Part shown: piece by piece, positions 45,115 through 53,132 of the stretch | Layout of the letters: each line of letters opens with the position of its first letter | Numbering within the stretch: the stretch's first letter is position 1 | Virus record (IMG/VR): IMGVR_UViG_2740892280_000002 | Span: 1-64,000 of that record | Strand: one strand, 5' to 3' | DNA length: 64,000 bases | Source: a virus | Taxonomy: Duplodnaviria > Caudoviricetes | Notes under the pieces: model-generated | Seen by the model: only the letters and a program-made list of their open reading frames with translations | Database searches by the model: none | What the model was told of the DNA's origin: nothing | Program-made: the position numbers and the translations under genes

Positions 45115-45465
45115 TAATTGGCAATCGTTCCGAGAGAGGCTTCTGCTAGCTTCATCGCTTGGTCCCTTGTACTTTTCGCGCCCCCGCTCAAAGGTTCGCG
45201 CTACTCGTACCCTAGCCAAGTCCCCTAGACCGCTTTCGCCTTTAGGATCGACCCTGACGGGATGCAACTTTTCCAATCCGGTCGCTTGTCGAGAGTGGGT
45301 TTCTCCGTTGCCTTCATCGCCAAGTGACGAGCGAGATATAGACAAAATCGGAAACGGTTACAAGTATTCCTGACGCGCAGCCTTGCGATAGAATCTGCAT
45401 ACGCCAAGGAAACGGGGAAATTCTCCTGGTTTTCGTCGCGCATCTAGTAGCCAAAAAGGGAATTT

Positions 45466-46599
45466 ATGGAAACCGCTAACGAGAGGATTGAAAACTCCGC
45501 GATCCGTCACGCGATCTTTTTGGAGCGCTACAAGACCGGGACGGTTCGGCGTATAATCGAGCTTCTCGGCGAGGTCGACGCGGATATCGTTTCTCAGATC
45601 CGAAGGCTTGAGGAGAGCTATACGCGGCGGCGGCTCGAAGCGGTTCTAAACTCAATCCGCGAGATCAATGCAAAGGCTTACCGGGAGCTCGCCGCGCGCC
45701 TTGGCGAAGAGCTCGAAGAGTTTGCAACCGGGGAGGCAGACTTCGCCCTCGGCAAGCTCTCCGAAGGGCTCCCGACCGAGCTCCGGACGGTTATCGAATT
45801 CGCTTCCCCGGCTACCGAAATCCTCTTCGTTTCCGCCGAAAATAAATTCGGAAACGCCCTAATCCAAGGGCGTGAACTTTCGTCTTGGTTTGATCAGATC
45901 GCGGACGCGGATTTCGGTCGGTTTCAGCAAGCTCTACGCCTTGGTTTCGTCGAGGGTGAGAGTATCGACAAGATGGTTCGCCGGATTACCGGGACGCGCC
46001 CGCTCAACTTCAAGGATGGAGCGCGCGAGGTTAGCCGGAGACAGGTTCGCGCCTTGGTTCGGACCGCTATCAATACGGCCTCGACTAACGCCCGCGAGGA
46101 GGTTTACAAGGCCAACGAGCCCTTGATCAAAGGCGTCCGCTGGGTATCAACCCTCGACGGTCGGACTTCGGCGATTTGCAAGGCTCGCGACGGAAAGCTC
46201 TACTCTTTCGACAAAGGGCCGAGGCCCCCGGCTCACTTCAATTGCCGGTCAACAACGACCCCGGTTCTCAAGTCCTGGCGCGAGCTAGGTTTTGACAAGG
46301 ATGAACCTGCGCGCGGCGTTCGCCCGTTTATCCGGGATACCCGAAAGCTCAAGGATATTCCGAAGAGCGCTCGCGATCAGCTTGTCGGTCGGGTTCGCGC
46401 CGATGAGACTTACGAGACCTGGCTCCGTAAGCAGCCGAAGGGATTTCAGGAGGAGGTCTTAGGTCCAACAAAAGCGCGGCTTTTCCGGCAAGGTCGACTA
46501 ACCCTCGACAAGTTTGTCGACGAAGGAACGACCCGAGAATATACGCTCCAAGAACTTCGCCGAAGGTATCCTGACGCTTGGCGTGCTTCATTTGGTTAA
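45466..46599 (+). CDS. Minor head protein / head morphogenesis (Mu F / SPP1 gp7-like)
   Basis: WVSTLDGRTSAICKARDG, PPAHFNCRST. Confidence 0.9.
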   Translation: METANERIENSAIRHAIFLERYKTGTVRRIIELLGEVDADIVSQIRRLEESYTRRRLEAVLNSIREINAKAYRELAARLGEELEEFATGEADFALGKLSEGLPTELRTVIEFASPATEILFVSAENKFGNALIQGRELSSWFDQIADADFGRFQQALRLGFVEGESIDKMVRRITGTRPLNFKDGAREVSRRQVRALVRTAINTASTNAREEVYKANEPLIKGVRWVSTLDGRTSAICKARDGKLYSFDKGPRPPAHFNCRSTTTPVLKSWRELGFDKDEPARGVRPFIRDTRKLKDIPKSARDQLVGRVRADETYETWLRKQPKGFQEEVLGPTKARLFRQGRLTLDKFVDEGTTREYTLQELRRRYPDAWRASFG

Positions 46600-46670
46600 G
46601 CTCGCCGAAGTCTGCTAGGTTTTATCTAGTTCGCTTCGTCTCGATGCGTAACTTTCTCTCCTCTCCGTCT

Positions 46671-46704
46671 AACCTCCTGTCGTTCGCGGCGGGAGGTTTT
46701 TTTT
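46671..46704 (+). terminator. Intrinsic terminator
   Basis: CCTCCTGTCG/CGGCGGGAGG hairpin plus T8. Confidence 0.7.
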
Positions 46705-46742
46705 GGTTTATACACCTGACGGATCTCGCTATTTTCACCGCT

Positions 46743-46964
46743 ATGGACGCAGAAGAATTCAAAACGCGAGCAAAAGACGCAATGGGCGGGACCGGGTGGC
46801 AGAAACGCCTCGCGACGGCGCTCGGCGTATCCCTTCAAACGACTAGCCGATGGGCTACGGGTAAGCTCCCTGTCCCTATCTACGCGATTGCGGTTATCGA
46901 GCTACTCGAAGAGCTCAAGGCGCAACGCCTTCCGGTCCCGAGCCGGTTCCGTCGCCGAGACTGA
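46743..46964 (+). CDS. Small XRE/Cro-like HTH regulator
   Basis: WQKRLATALGVSLQTTSRWATG..PVP. Confidence 0.75.
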   Translation: MDAEEFKTRAKDAMGGTGWQKRLATALGVSLQTTSRWATGKLPVPIYAIAVIELLEELKAQRLPVPSRFRRRD

Positions 46965-47003
46965 GAAACTCCGTCGTCGTTCGTCGGACCGTCAATTCAA
47001 TTA

Positions 47004-47237
47004 AAAAAATATCCTATCCTTGCCCGCTCCAACTAAGAAGGGCTAGGATGGGATATATTTTTTACTATTTAATTTCCTTCCCTCCTCACCCGCGCCTTTG
47101 TCGCTACGGGTAAACCTTCGCTAGGCGCGGGCGAAGAGTGACCGACCGAACGACTTAGGACCCAATCGAAAACGTCACGAGGATTAATTTTTAGGGGTGC
47201 TAGGCAGGCGCTATTCAGAAATTGGCTACGACGATAG
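47004..47237. ncRNA. Structured non-coding element, copy 2
   Basis: Same three conserved blocks, order and approximate spacing as 18506-18736. Confidence 0.6.
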
Positions 47238-47380
47238 CTCCAACCCCTTAAGCGCTCTCTATGGCCGTTTATTTTGTATTCCTGAAATGTGTTGGTCTGG
47301 ATTTGTCTCAAAGATTGATTTTTTGGCTACAAGTCGTTATCTGATCCCCGGCAACGACCCGAGGAAAGGAGATTTCGATT

Positions 47381-48352
47381 TTGAGCAATACCGTCATCAC
47401 AACCGGCCATTTGGAGGATTACGCGAAAAGAGTCGGGGAACTTGACCGGGCAGGTTTTGAAGGGGAGAGCGATCAGGTTTTTGAAAAGCTACTTGTCACC
47501 GGTTGGATACCTCCCGTGCCGGCCAGGAACGCGGCGGAGACAATTACCGCTTTCAACTCGCTCTATTTCCTCTCGACTGGCAAGCGAATTCCCGATCTCC
47601 GAATCCCGGTAGCAAAGGGGCTTAGCTCCCGGCGGCAGGATCTCGTTTACCGTGAATTGATCCCCGAGCTAATTTCCGCAATCGAAGAGAACGCTTCGAC
47701 CGGAACTCCGATCACGCGCATTCTCAACAATCGCGGCCTAAAAACGCCGACCCGGTCGGTTCATTCTCAGCAATGGATGCCGGGGAAACTTCAGTACCAT
47801 TTGAAGCAGGCGCTTTGCTACGACGACGACGGCGAGCTCGAAGAGTGCCTCGAAAATTACAACGTCCTCGCACAGGTTGAGGCGCGCGCCTCTGTCTCGA
47901 AGCGCGATATTCGGGAGGCGATCAAAGAGACGGTTGTCGAAATCTTCGAGGAAGTTTCGCTCGAAGGCGGCGGATGGCAGGACGCTTTGGAGCGCGTTCG
48001 CGAGTCCGGGGTCAAAAAAGTAAACGGCGAGGAGTGGTGTAGCCGGAGCCTTCTCGGCTTCGTTAACTGGCTCAAGGGCGAGGGCGTCAAGCTACCGAAA
48101 CTCTATTCCAAGGCGAAAGGTGAAACCAAGGGCGATCAAAATATCCGGAAGAACCACAAGAACGTGATTTCGGCAATGGAGCGTGCCGGTATTCGTAAGG
48201 CCGATATTCTCGCCGACCTGAGGTCGAGGCAGGTCCCCTACCTCGGCGGTCGCGGTCGAGGGAAGGGCGTAAAACTCTGGTCGGAAAGCTACTGGGGACA
48301 ATGGGAACGCGGCTGCAAAAAGCTCGGGCTCAAGATTCCAGATTTCAAATAA
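47381..48352 (+). CDS. Putative DNA-binding protein with three recombinase-type HTH-like repeats
   Basis: ILNNRGLKTP..W, VRESGVK..NGEEW, LRSRQVP..GG..W; RBS GGAAAGGAG. Confidence 0.55.
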   Translation: MSNTVITTGHLEDYAKRVGELDRAGFEGESDQVFEKLLVTGWIPPVPARNAAETITAFNSLYFLSTGKRIPDLRIPVAKGLSSRRQDLVYRELIPELISAIEENASTGTPITRILNNRGLKTPTRSVHSQQWMPGKLQYHLKQALCYDDDGELEECLENYNVLAQVEARASVSKRDIREAIKETVVEIFEEVSLEGGGWQDALERVRESGVKKVNGEEWCSRSLLGFVNWLKGEGVKLPKLYSKAKGETKGDQNIRKNHKNVISAMERAGIRKADILADLRSRQVPYLGGRGRGKGVKLWSESYWGQWERGCKKLGLKIPDFK

Positions 48353-48451
48353 TTGTAGCCAAATTTCGAATTGTCGATACGGGCACCTTACGACAACGGT
48401 ACGCCGATACCCGGCGTGCCGCTGCGCGGTTTACCTCCTGTGGAGAAGTCA

Positions 48452-49213
48452 ATGCCTGACGATATCGAGAACAAAGAGAAAGAAAACGAGACCAAGATCG
48501 ACCTGAACGACCCGGCTGTCGTCGCTGCTATCGAGGCGGCTGTCAGCGCGAAAATCGAGCCGATCAACGCGAAGAAAAACGAAATCCTGGACGAAAAGAA
48601 AAAGCTTCAGGCAAAGCTCGAAGCTTTTGACGGCGTCGACCCGGAAGAATTCAAGGCGCTCAAGGCCGCGATGGCCGAGAAGGCCGAAGAGGACGCCAAG
48701 GAAAAAGGCGACTGGCAGGCGATCCTTGATCAGCGCGAAACCAAGTATCAGACCCAGCTCGAAAAGGTTACGACCGAGCTGACCGGTCGCGCCGAACGCG
48801 CCGAAAAATTTGCAAAGGACCTGATCGTCAAGACCGAGCTGACCTCCGCTCTTGTCAAGGCGAAGGTCTCCGAGCCGTTCATGGGCGCGGTCGAAATGCT
48901 CCTCCGCGACAAGATCACCGTGTCCGAAGATGAGGCCAAGGGCTTCAAGGCATTTGCCGAAATCGACGGCGATCATGTCAACGTTGCTGAGTTTGTCCGG
49001 CTCTGGTCCGAATCCGAAGAGGGCAAGCACTTCGTGTCCGCTCCGGCAAACGGCGGCGGCGGCGGCGGCGTCAAGCCGGGCGCGAATTCCGGTCGCTCGA
49101 ATCCGTGGAAGGCGGACTCGAAGAACCTGACCGAGCAGGCGAAGATTTTGCGGACCGACCGCGCGCTTGCCCGTCAGCTTCAGCGCGAGGCAGGTGTCGC
49201 CGTAACCGCATAA
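48452..49213 (+). CDS. Capsid scaffolding protein
   Basis: Coiled-coil, GGGG linker, NPW...NLTEQ tail; directly before the MCP. Confidence 0.85.
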   Translation: MPDDIENKEKENETKIDLNDPAVVAAIEAAVSAKIEPINAKKNEILDEKKKLQAKLEAFDGVDPEEFKALKAAMAEKAEEDAKEKGDWQAILDQRETKYQTQLEKVTTELTGRAERAEKFAKDLIVKTELTSALVKAKVSEPFMGAVEMLLRDKITVSEDEAKGFKAFAEIDGDHVNVAEFVRLWSESEEGKHFVSAPANGGGGGGVKPGANSGRSNPWKADSKNLTEQAKILRTDRALARQLQREAGVAVTA

Positions 49214-49238
49214 AGCCTGGACGAAAATTTAAAAAGGG

Positions 49239-49270
49239 TAAGCCGCTGATTTTTCAGCGGCTTATTTTTT
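49239..49270 (+). terminator. Terminator-like hairpin between scaffold and MCP
   Basis: TAAGCCGCTGA/TCAGCGGCTTA plus T6. Confidence 0.65.
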
Positions 49271-49419
49271 GTCCGCTGTATCCGTCAAGTAAATTTCAAA
49301 TCAAGAGGAACAGAAACCTTATTCCGGCCTGCGGCCTACTTTGTTTGTTCCATTCGATACATGTCGGTCCTGTGGATTTGGCAGCTAAGTGAAGTTGGCT
49401 ATTATTGAAAGGAAATAAA

Positions 49420-50451
49420 ATGGCCGCTACCAAGATTGCAGACATCATTGAACCGGAAGTGTTCAACCCGTATGTCATCGAACGCTCCGCCGAGCTCTCC
49501 GCGCTCTTCCGTTCCGGTATTATCTCCAACGATCCGGAGCTCAATGTCCTGGCTATGGCCGGTGGCACCTTGATCAACATGCCGTTCTGGAAGGACCTCG
49601 ACGGCGAAGACGAAGTGCTCTCCGACTCCAACCCGCTGACCGTCAACCGGATCCAGTCCGGTCAGGACCTTGCCGTCCTGCACGCTCGCGGTAAGGCTTG
49701 GGGCGTCAACGATCTGGCGAAGGCTCTCTCCGGAGACGACCCGATGGCCGCTATCGGCGATCTGGTCTCCGAATACTGGGCTCGCCGTTGGCAGAAGCTT
49801 CTTGTCGCGACCCTGCAGGGCGTCTTCGCCGACAACGTTGCGAACGACTCCAGCGATCTGGTCCTGGCAGCCGGCAGCGAAGATACCGACACGACCGGTA
49901 TTATCCGCCTGACCTCCGACGTCGTTGTCGACGGCAAGTTCCTGCTCGGCGACGCCCAGGAAAAGCTGACCGCTATCGGCATGCACTCGACCGTCTTCGC
50001 CGGTCTGGTCAAGGCCAAGCTGATCGACTACGTGACCGTCGACGCTGCCGGTAACGTGATCGCCCAGGGCGCACACGGCGACCCGGCGGAGCGCACCTTC
50101 TCCATGCCGACCTACATGGGTCTGCGGGTTATCGTCGATGACGGCTTCCCGGTTCGTAACGGTGCAACCTCCGGCAAGGTCTATACCTCCTACCTGTTCG
50201 CTCAGGGCGCGATTGGCTTCGGCCAGGGTGAAGCTCCGGTCCCGACCGAGACCGACCGCGACTCCCTCGCAGGTGAGGATGTCCTGATCAACCGCAACCA
50301 CTTCGTCCTGCACCCGCGCGGCATCAAGTGGACCGGTGCTACCCAGGCCGGAACCTTCCCGACCAACGCCGAGCTGGCGAACGCCTCCAACTGGGATCGC
50401 GTCTACACCAAGAAGAACATCCGCTTGGTGGCCGTCGAAACCAACGGCTAA
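49420..50451 (+). CDS. Major capsid protein (HK97 fold)
   Basis: TKIADIIEPEVFNPYV, INMPFWKDL, YW.R..Q, R..FVLHPRG..W; strong codon bias. Confidence 0.9.
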   Translation: MAATKIADIIEPEVFNPYVIERSAELSALFRSGIISNDPELNVLAMAGGTLINMPFWKDLDGEDEVLSDSNPLTVNRIQSGQDLAVLHARGKAWGVNDLAKALSGDDPMAAIGDLVSEYWARRWQKLLVATLQGVFADNVANDSSDLVLAAGSEDTDTTGIIRLTSDVVVDGKFLLGDAQEKLTAIGMHSTVFAGLVKAKLIDYVTVDAAGNVIAQGAHGDPAERTFSMPTYMGLRVIVDDGFPVRNGATSGKVYTSYLFAQGAIGFGQGEAPVPTETDRDSLAGEDVLINRNHFVLHPRGIKWTGATQAGTFPTNAELANASNWDRVYTKKNIRLVAVETNG

Positions 50452-50474
50452 TTGTAGCCAAAAACCGAAAAATT

Positions 50475-50499
50475 GGGCGGGGATTTCCCCGCCCTTTTT
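50475..50499 (+). terminator. Intrinsic terminator after the MCP
   Basis: GGGCGGGG/CCCCGCCC plus T5. Confidence 0.75.
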
Positions 50500-50542
50500 G
50501 TTTCCGGCTAAAATTCAACAACTCAAGAAATTGGAGACGAAT

Positions 50543-50884
50543 ATGGGAATGATCTCGTTTCGGCATCTTCGGAACGCCGTGAAAAAAGCCGCTAAAGAAC
50601 CGGAGGCGGAAGTCGCCGAGGACGCTGAAAAGTCTGTCGAACCGGAGACAGCGCCAGCGACAGCCGAGCCACAGAGCGAGCCTGCTCAGGCTGTTCTTTT
50701 GCCTGATCCGGCGGCGACCGAGCCCGCGAAGGTCGAAACCCTCGAAGAGCAGCTCGCGGCGATGAAAAAGGCCCAGGTGCTCAAGTTTGCGAAAGAAGCA
50801 AGCATCGAGGTTGACGAAACCCTCGGCGTCGTCGAGCTCCGCGCCTTTGTTCTCAAGGCAAAGGAGGGTGTAGATGCCGCTTAA
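50543..50884 (+). CDS. Hypothetical protein (A/E/P-rich, C-terminal HeH-like)
   Basis: RBS GGAGA; position after the MCP. Confidence 0.55.
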   Translation: MGMISFRHLRNAVKKAAKEPEAEVAEDAEKSVEPETAPATAEPQSEPAQAVLLPDPAATEPAKVETLEEQLAAMKKAQVLKFAKEASIEVDETLGVVELRAFVLKAKEGVDAA

Positions 50885-51209
50885 CCCGCTTTCCCGCGCT
50901 CTAACCGGCGTCAAGTTCCCGAACGGCGAGCACTTCCCGGCGGCGACGCCGGAAGGGGTCACTGTCGGCCTCGACGCGCAGACGGTTGCCGCGCGGACCG
51001 GCGGACCGATCTCCGGCGGTCTCTACCATGTCGCGAATACCGTCTATGCGCACATTGCTCTCGGCGATGCGGCTGTCGACGCGGATGTGACCTCGATGCT
51101 CCTTGCTCCCGGCGAGCGTCCGCTCGTAATTCCGGACGGCGTTTTCGCTTCCGTGATCAAATCGACCGGCGAGCCGGACGGCATCGTCCGCATGACAAGG
51201 ATGATCTAA
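50874..51209 (+). CDS. Putative virion structural/decoration protein
   Basis: Small beta-rich ORF in the structural operon. Confidence 0.5.
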   Translation: MPLNPLSRALTGVKFPNGEHFPAATPEGVTVGLDAQTVAARTGGPISGGLYHVANTVYAHIALGDAAVDADVTSMLLAPGERPLVIPDGVFASVIKSTGEPDGIVRMTRMI

Positions 51210-51593
51210 ATGGCCGGGTATTCTCGGACCTACCAGGCGGAGGCTCTTGCGAATATCCGTAGCAAGAGCCTCGAAATCGCGCTCTACGTCGACGACCCGA
51301 CCTCGGCCTCAATCGGGACCGAGGTAACCGGCGGCGCTTACGCGCGCCCGGCGATTACGTTCGGCTCTCCGGTCGATGTTGGCGACGGGACGGAAATTTC
51401 AAATAACGGCAACGTCATTTTTCCGCAGGCAACGACGGACTGGGCCTCCGGCGCGGCAATCACTCACTACGAGATCCGTGAAGTCGGCGGAGGCGCAGTT
51501 TTCTACGGTCCTTTCGACTTCTCGCGCGTGATCCGGACCGGCGACTTTTTCCGGGTCGATGCTGGAAATATCACTCTCAAGGAAGCGGATTAA
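51210..51593 (+). CDS. Small fibre-associated structural protein
   Basis: EVTGGAYAR..ITF...SN...IFP.AT..W pattern; resembles 61377-61823. Confidence 0.65.
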   Translation: MAGYSRTYQAEALANIRSKSLEIALYVDDPTSASIGTEVTGGAYARPAITFGSPVDVGDGTEISNNGNVIFPQATTDWASGAAITHYEIREVGGGAVFYGPFDFSRVIRTGDFFRVDAGNITLKEAD

Positions 51594-51596
51594 TCA

Positions 51597-52610
51597 ATGG
51601 GCTTTGTCAGGGCTAAGCGTTCGCATGGGGTTGCCGGATACGGGAATACGTTTAGTGACGCCGACACCCTGACCGCTTCCGCTTCCGTTATTGGCGGGGC
51701 TTCCGTCTCCGGCTCCGCCAACTATTCGGCGTCCGCGTCGGGTTACGTCTCTCGGTCTCCAATGACCTCCGGAGAATATCGAGAGCCAGCAATCCGGCGC
51801 GCGGCGGTCGTTTCAACCCCGCTTGTCACCTTCTCCTCTCCAATCCCAGGAGGCGGCGTAGATGTCTACGATGAAGGGAATCTTGTTTTGCATAGCGTTC
51901 GCGAGCTCGACTTTAGGGGTAGCGAGGTTTCCGCGACCGATCTCGGCGGCGGAAGGGCTGGCATCTTCGTTCCATCGCTAACATTTAATCCCGCCTTGCA
52001 GGTTCGATTTGCTGGCGGGTTATTCAACGGGCAGAGCGTAGCCGAGGCTGGCTATATCGCCTCCGGCCTAACGATCTCCTGGGCATCCAACGATCCGGTT
52101 AACGCGCCGATTACCGGCTTTGACAGCCTAACCCTTGGCTCCGCGCCGATTGCCCTCGATGGCGGCGGCAACGCAACAAACGGCGGTGTTTATACCGGAC
52201 CGGTTGACGAAGCGTCTGCCGGAGCAGGTTTGTCCGTTCGCTTAATCTCCTCGCTCGGGACTTCAACGCTTGCGCAAGCCCTAAGCTGGCAGTGGCGGAT
52301 CTATCACGGGAATGATCCGAGCCCAACTATTGATGAGGCTGGTATTCTCGCTCTTCCGAGTACGTCGCTATCAGGATCTCGCGCTGGTACGCGGGCATTC
52401 TCGGCGGCTGCGGGCAATCACAAGTGGATTGCCTACCCGGCTGCCTACGGCCTCGCTACGCGCTTCTGGGATACGGCGACCGGCTTCGACGTTCCCTTCG
52501 AAGCTCCGCTCTCCGTCGCGGTCACGAATTCATTTGGCGCAATGACAAGCTATCTCGCCTACCGGTCAACTTTCCAGCTTGGCGGCGCGATCAGCATAAG
52601 GGTTGAATAA
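51597..52610 (+). CDS. Putative fibre/structural protein
   Basis: S/A/G-rich N-terminus, beta-rich body. Confidence 0.6.
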   Translation: MGFVRAKRSHGVAGYGNTFSDADTLTASASVIGGASVSGSANYSASASGYVSRSPMTSGEYREPAIRRAAVVSTPLVTFSSPIPGGGVDVYDEGNLVLHSVRELDFRGSEVSATDLGGGRAGIFVPSLTFNPALQVRFAGGLFNGQSVAEAGYIASGLTISWASNDPVNAPITGFDSLTLGSAPIALDGGGNATNGGVYTGPVDEASAGAGLSVRLISSLGTSTLAQALSWQWRIYHGNDPSPTIDEAGILALPSTSLSGSRAGTRAFSAAAGNHKWIAYPAAYGLATRFWDTATGFDVPFEAPLSVAVTNSFGAMTSYLAYRSTFQLGGAISIRVE

Positions 52611-53125
52611 TGGCAGCAATCCCCGGAGCGGTCCCGGTTGGTGGTTTTATCGGCCCGACCGACGATACAGACGTTTACCCGACGATTGATCCGCTTTACG
52701 GGGTCGATGGTCTCCGCTCTGTCCCTGATCATGCGACTCGTGACGCGATCCCGCCTCTCCGCCGTAGGGCGGGGATGGTTGTCGTTACGCAGAACGATCT
52801 TCAGGGCTGGCAATTGGCTGGGGATCTCGTAACCTGGGTTCCCTTCGCGCAGTCTCGGACGAAACGTGTAACGTTTACGAGCACTCGTGAAATTGTAATC
52901 TCCGGCGTTGATCAGCCTCCGCTCGCCGAGGTCTATATCACTCGGCTAGATCCGCTGCCGTTTACGTTCGATACACAACCCTTTGACGTTGCGCAATTCG
53001 ACTGGCTCGACAGGGTTACGTTCCTTCGAAACGCCAACTTTACCAGTATTTTTGATGAGGTTTTGAAGACTCTTACTATTCGACTACCGGGCTCGGGCTC
53101 GGGCATCGTCGTTTATAACGTATAG
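52610..53125 (+). CDS. Putative fibre-associated protein
   Basis: RDAIP..RRRAGM.V.......WQL pattern seen in fibre proteins. Confidence 0.55.
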   Translation: MAAIPGAVPVGGFIGPTDDTDVYPTIDPLYGVDGLRSVPDHATRDAIPPLRRRAGMVVVTQNDLQGWQLAGDLVTWVPFAQSRTKRVTFTSTREIVISGVDQPPLAEVYITRLDPLPFTFDTQPFDVAQFDWLDRVTFLRNANFTSIFDEVLKTLTIRLPGSGSGIVVYNV

Positions 53126-53132
53126 GGTCGCA

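Larger units (their letters stand above)
1585..50470. repeat. Dispersed asymmetric motif GTAGCCAAAAWCRGAAA, about 30 copies, putative operator/stoperator
   Basis: Copies read by eye. Plus strand: 7616, 8651, 10050, 14146, 16830, 17147, 18733, 20009, 21980, 23053, 24198, 27098, 27520, 38031, 45447, 48355, 50454. Minus strand: near 1591, 3534, 6163, 18870, 30141, 30927, 32561, 34403, 35097, 40554, 41115, 41770, 42141, 47222, 47321. Nearly all lie at gene junctions. Confidence 0.85.

Noticed and set aside
45240-45300. Hammerhead-like ribozyme
   Set aside because: CTGACGG lacks the CUGANGA core, and no correctly placed GAAA/stem arrangement was found.
1585-50470. GTAGCCAAAA repeats as a CRISPR array
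   Set aside because: Copies are dispersed, short and irregularly spaced; no cas genes. The Cas4-like nuclease sits in a standard replication module.
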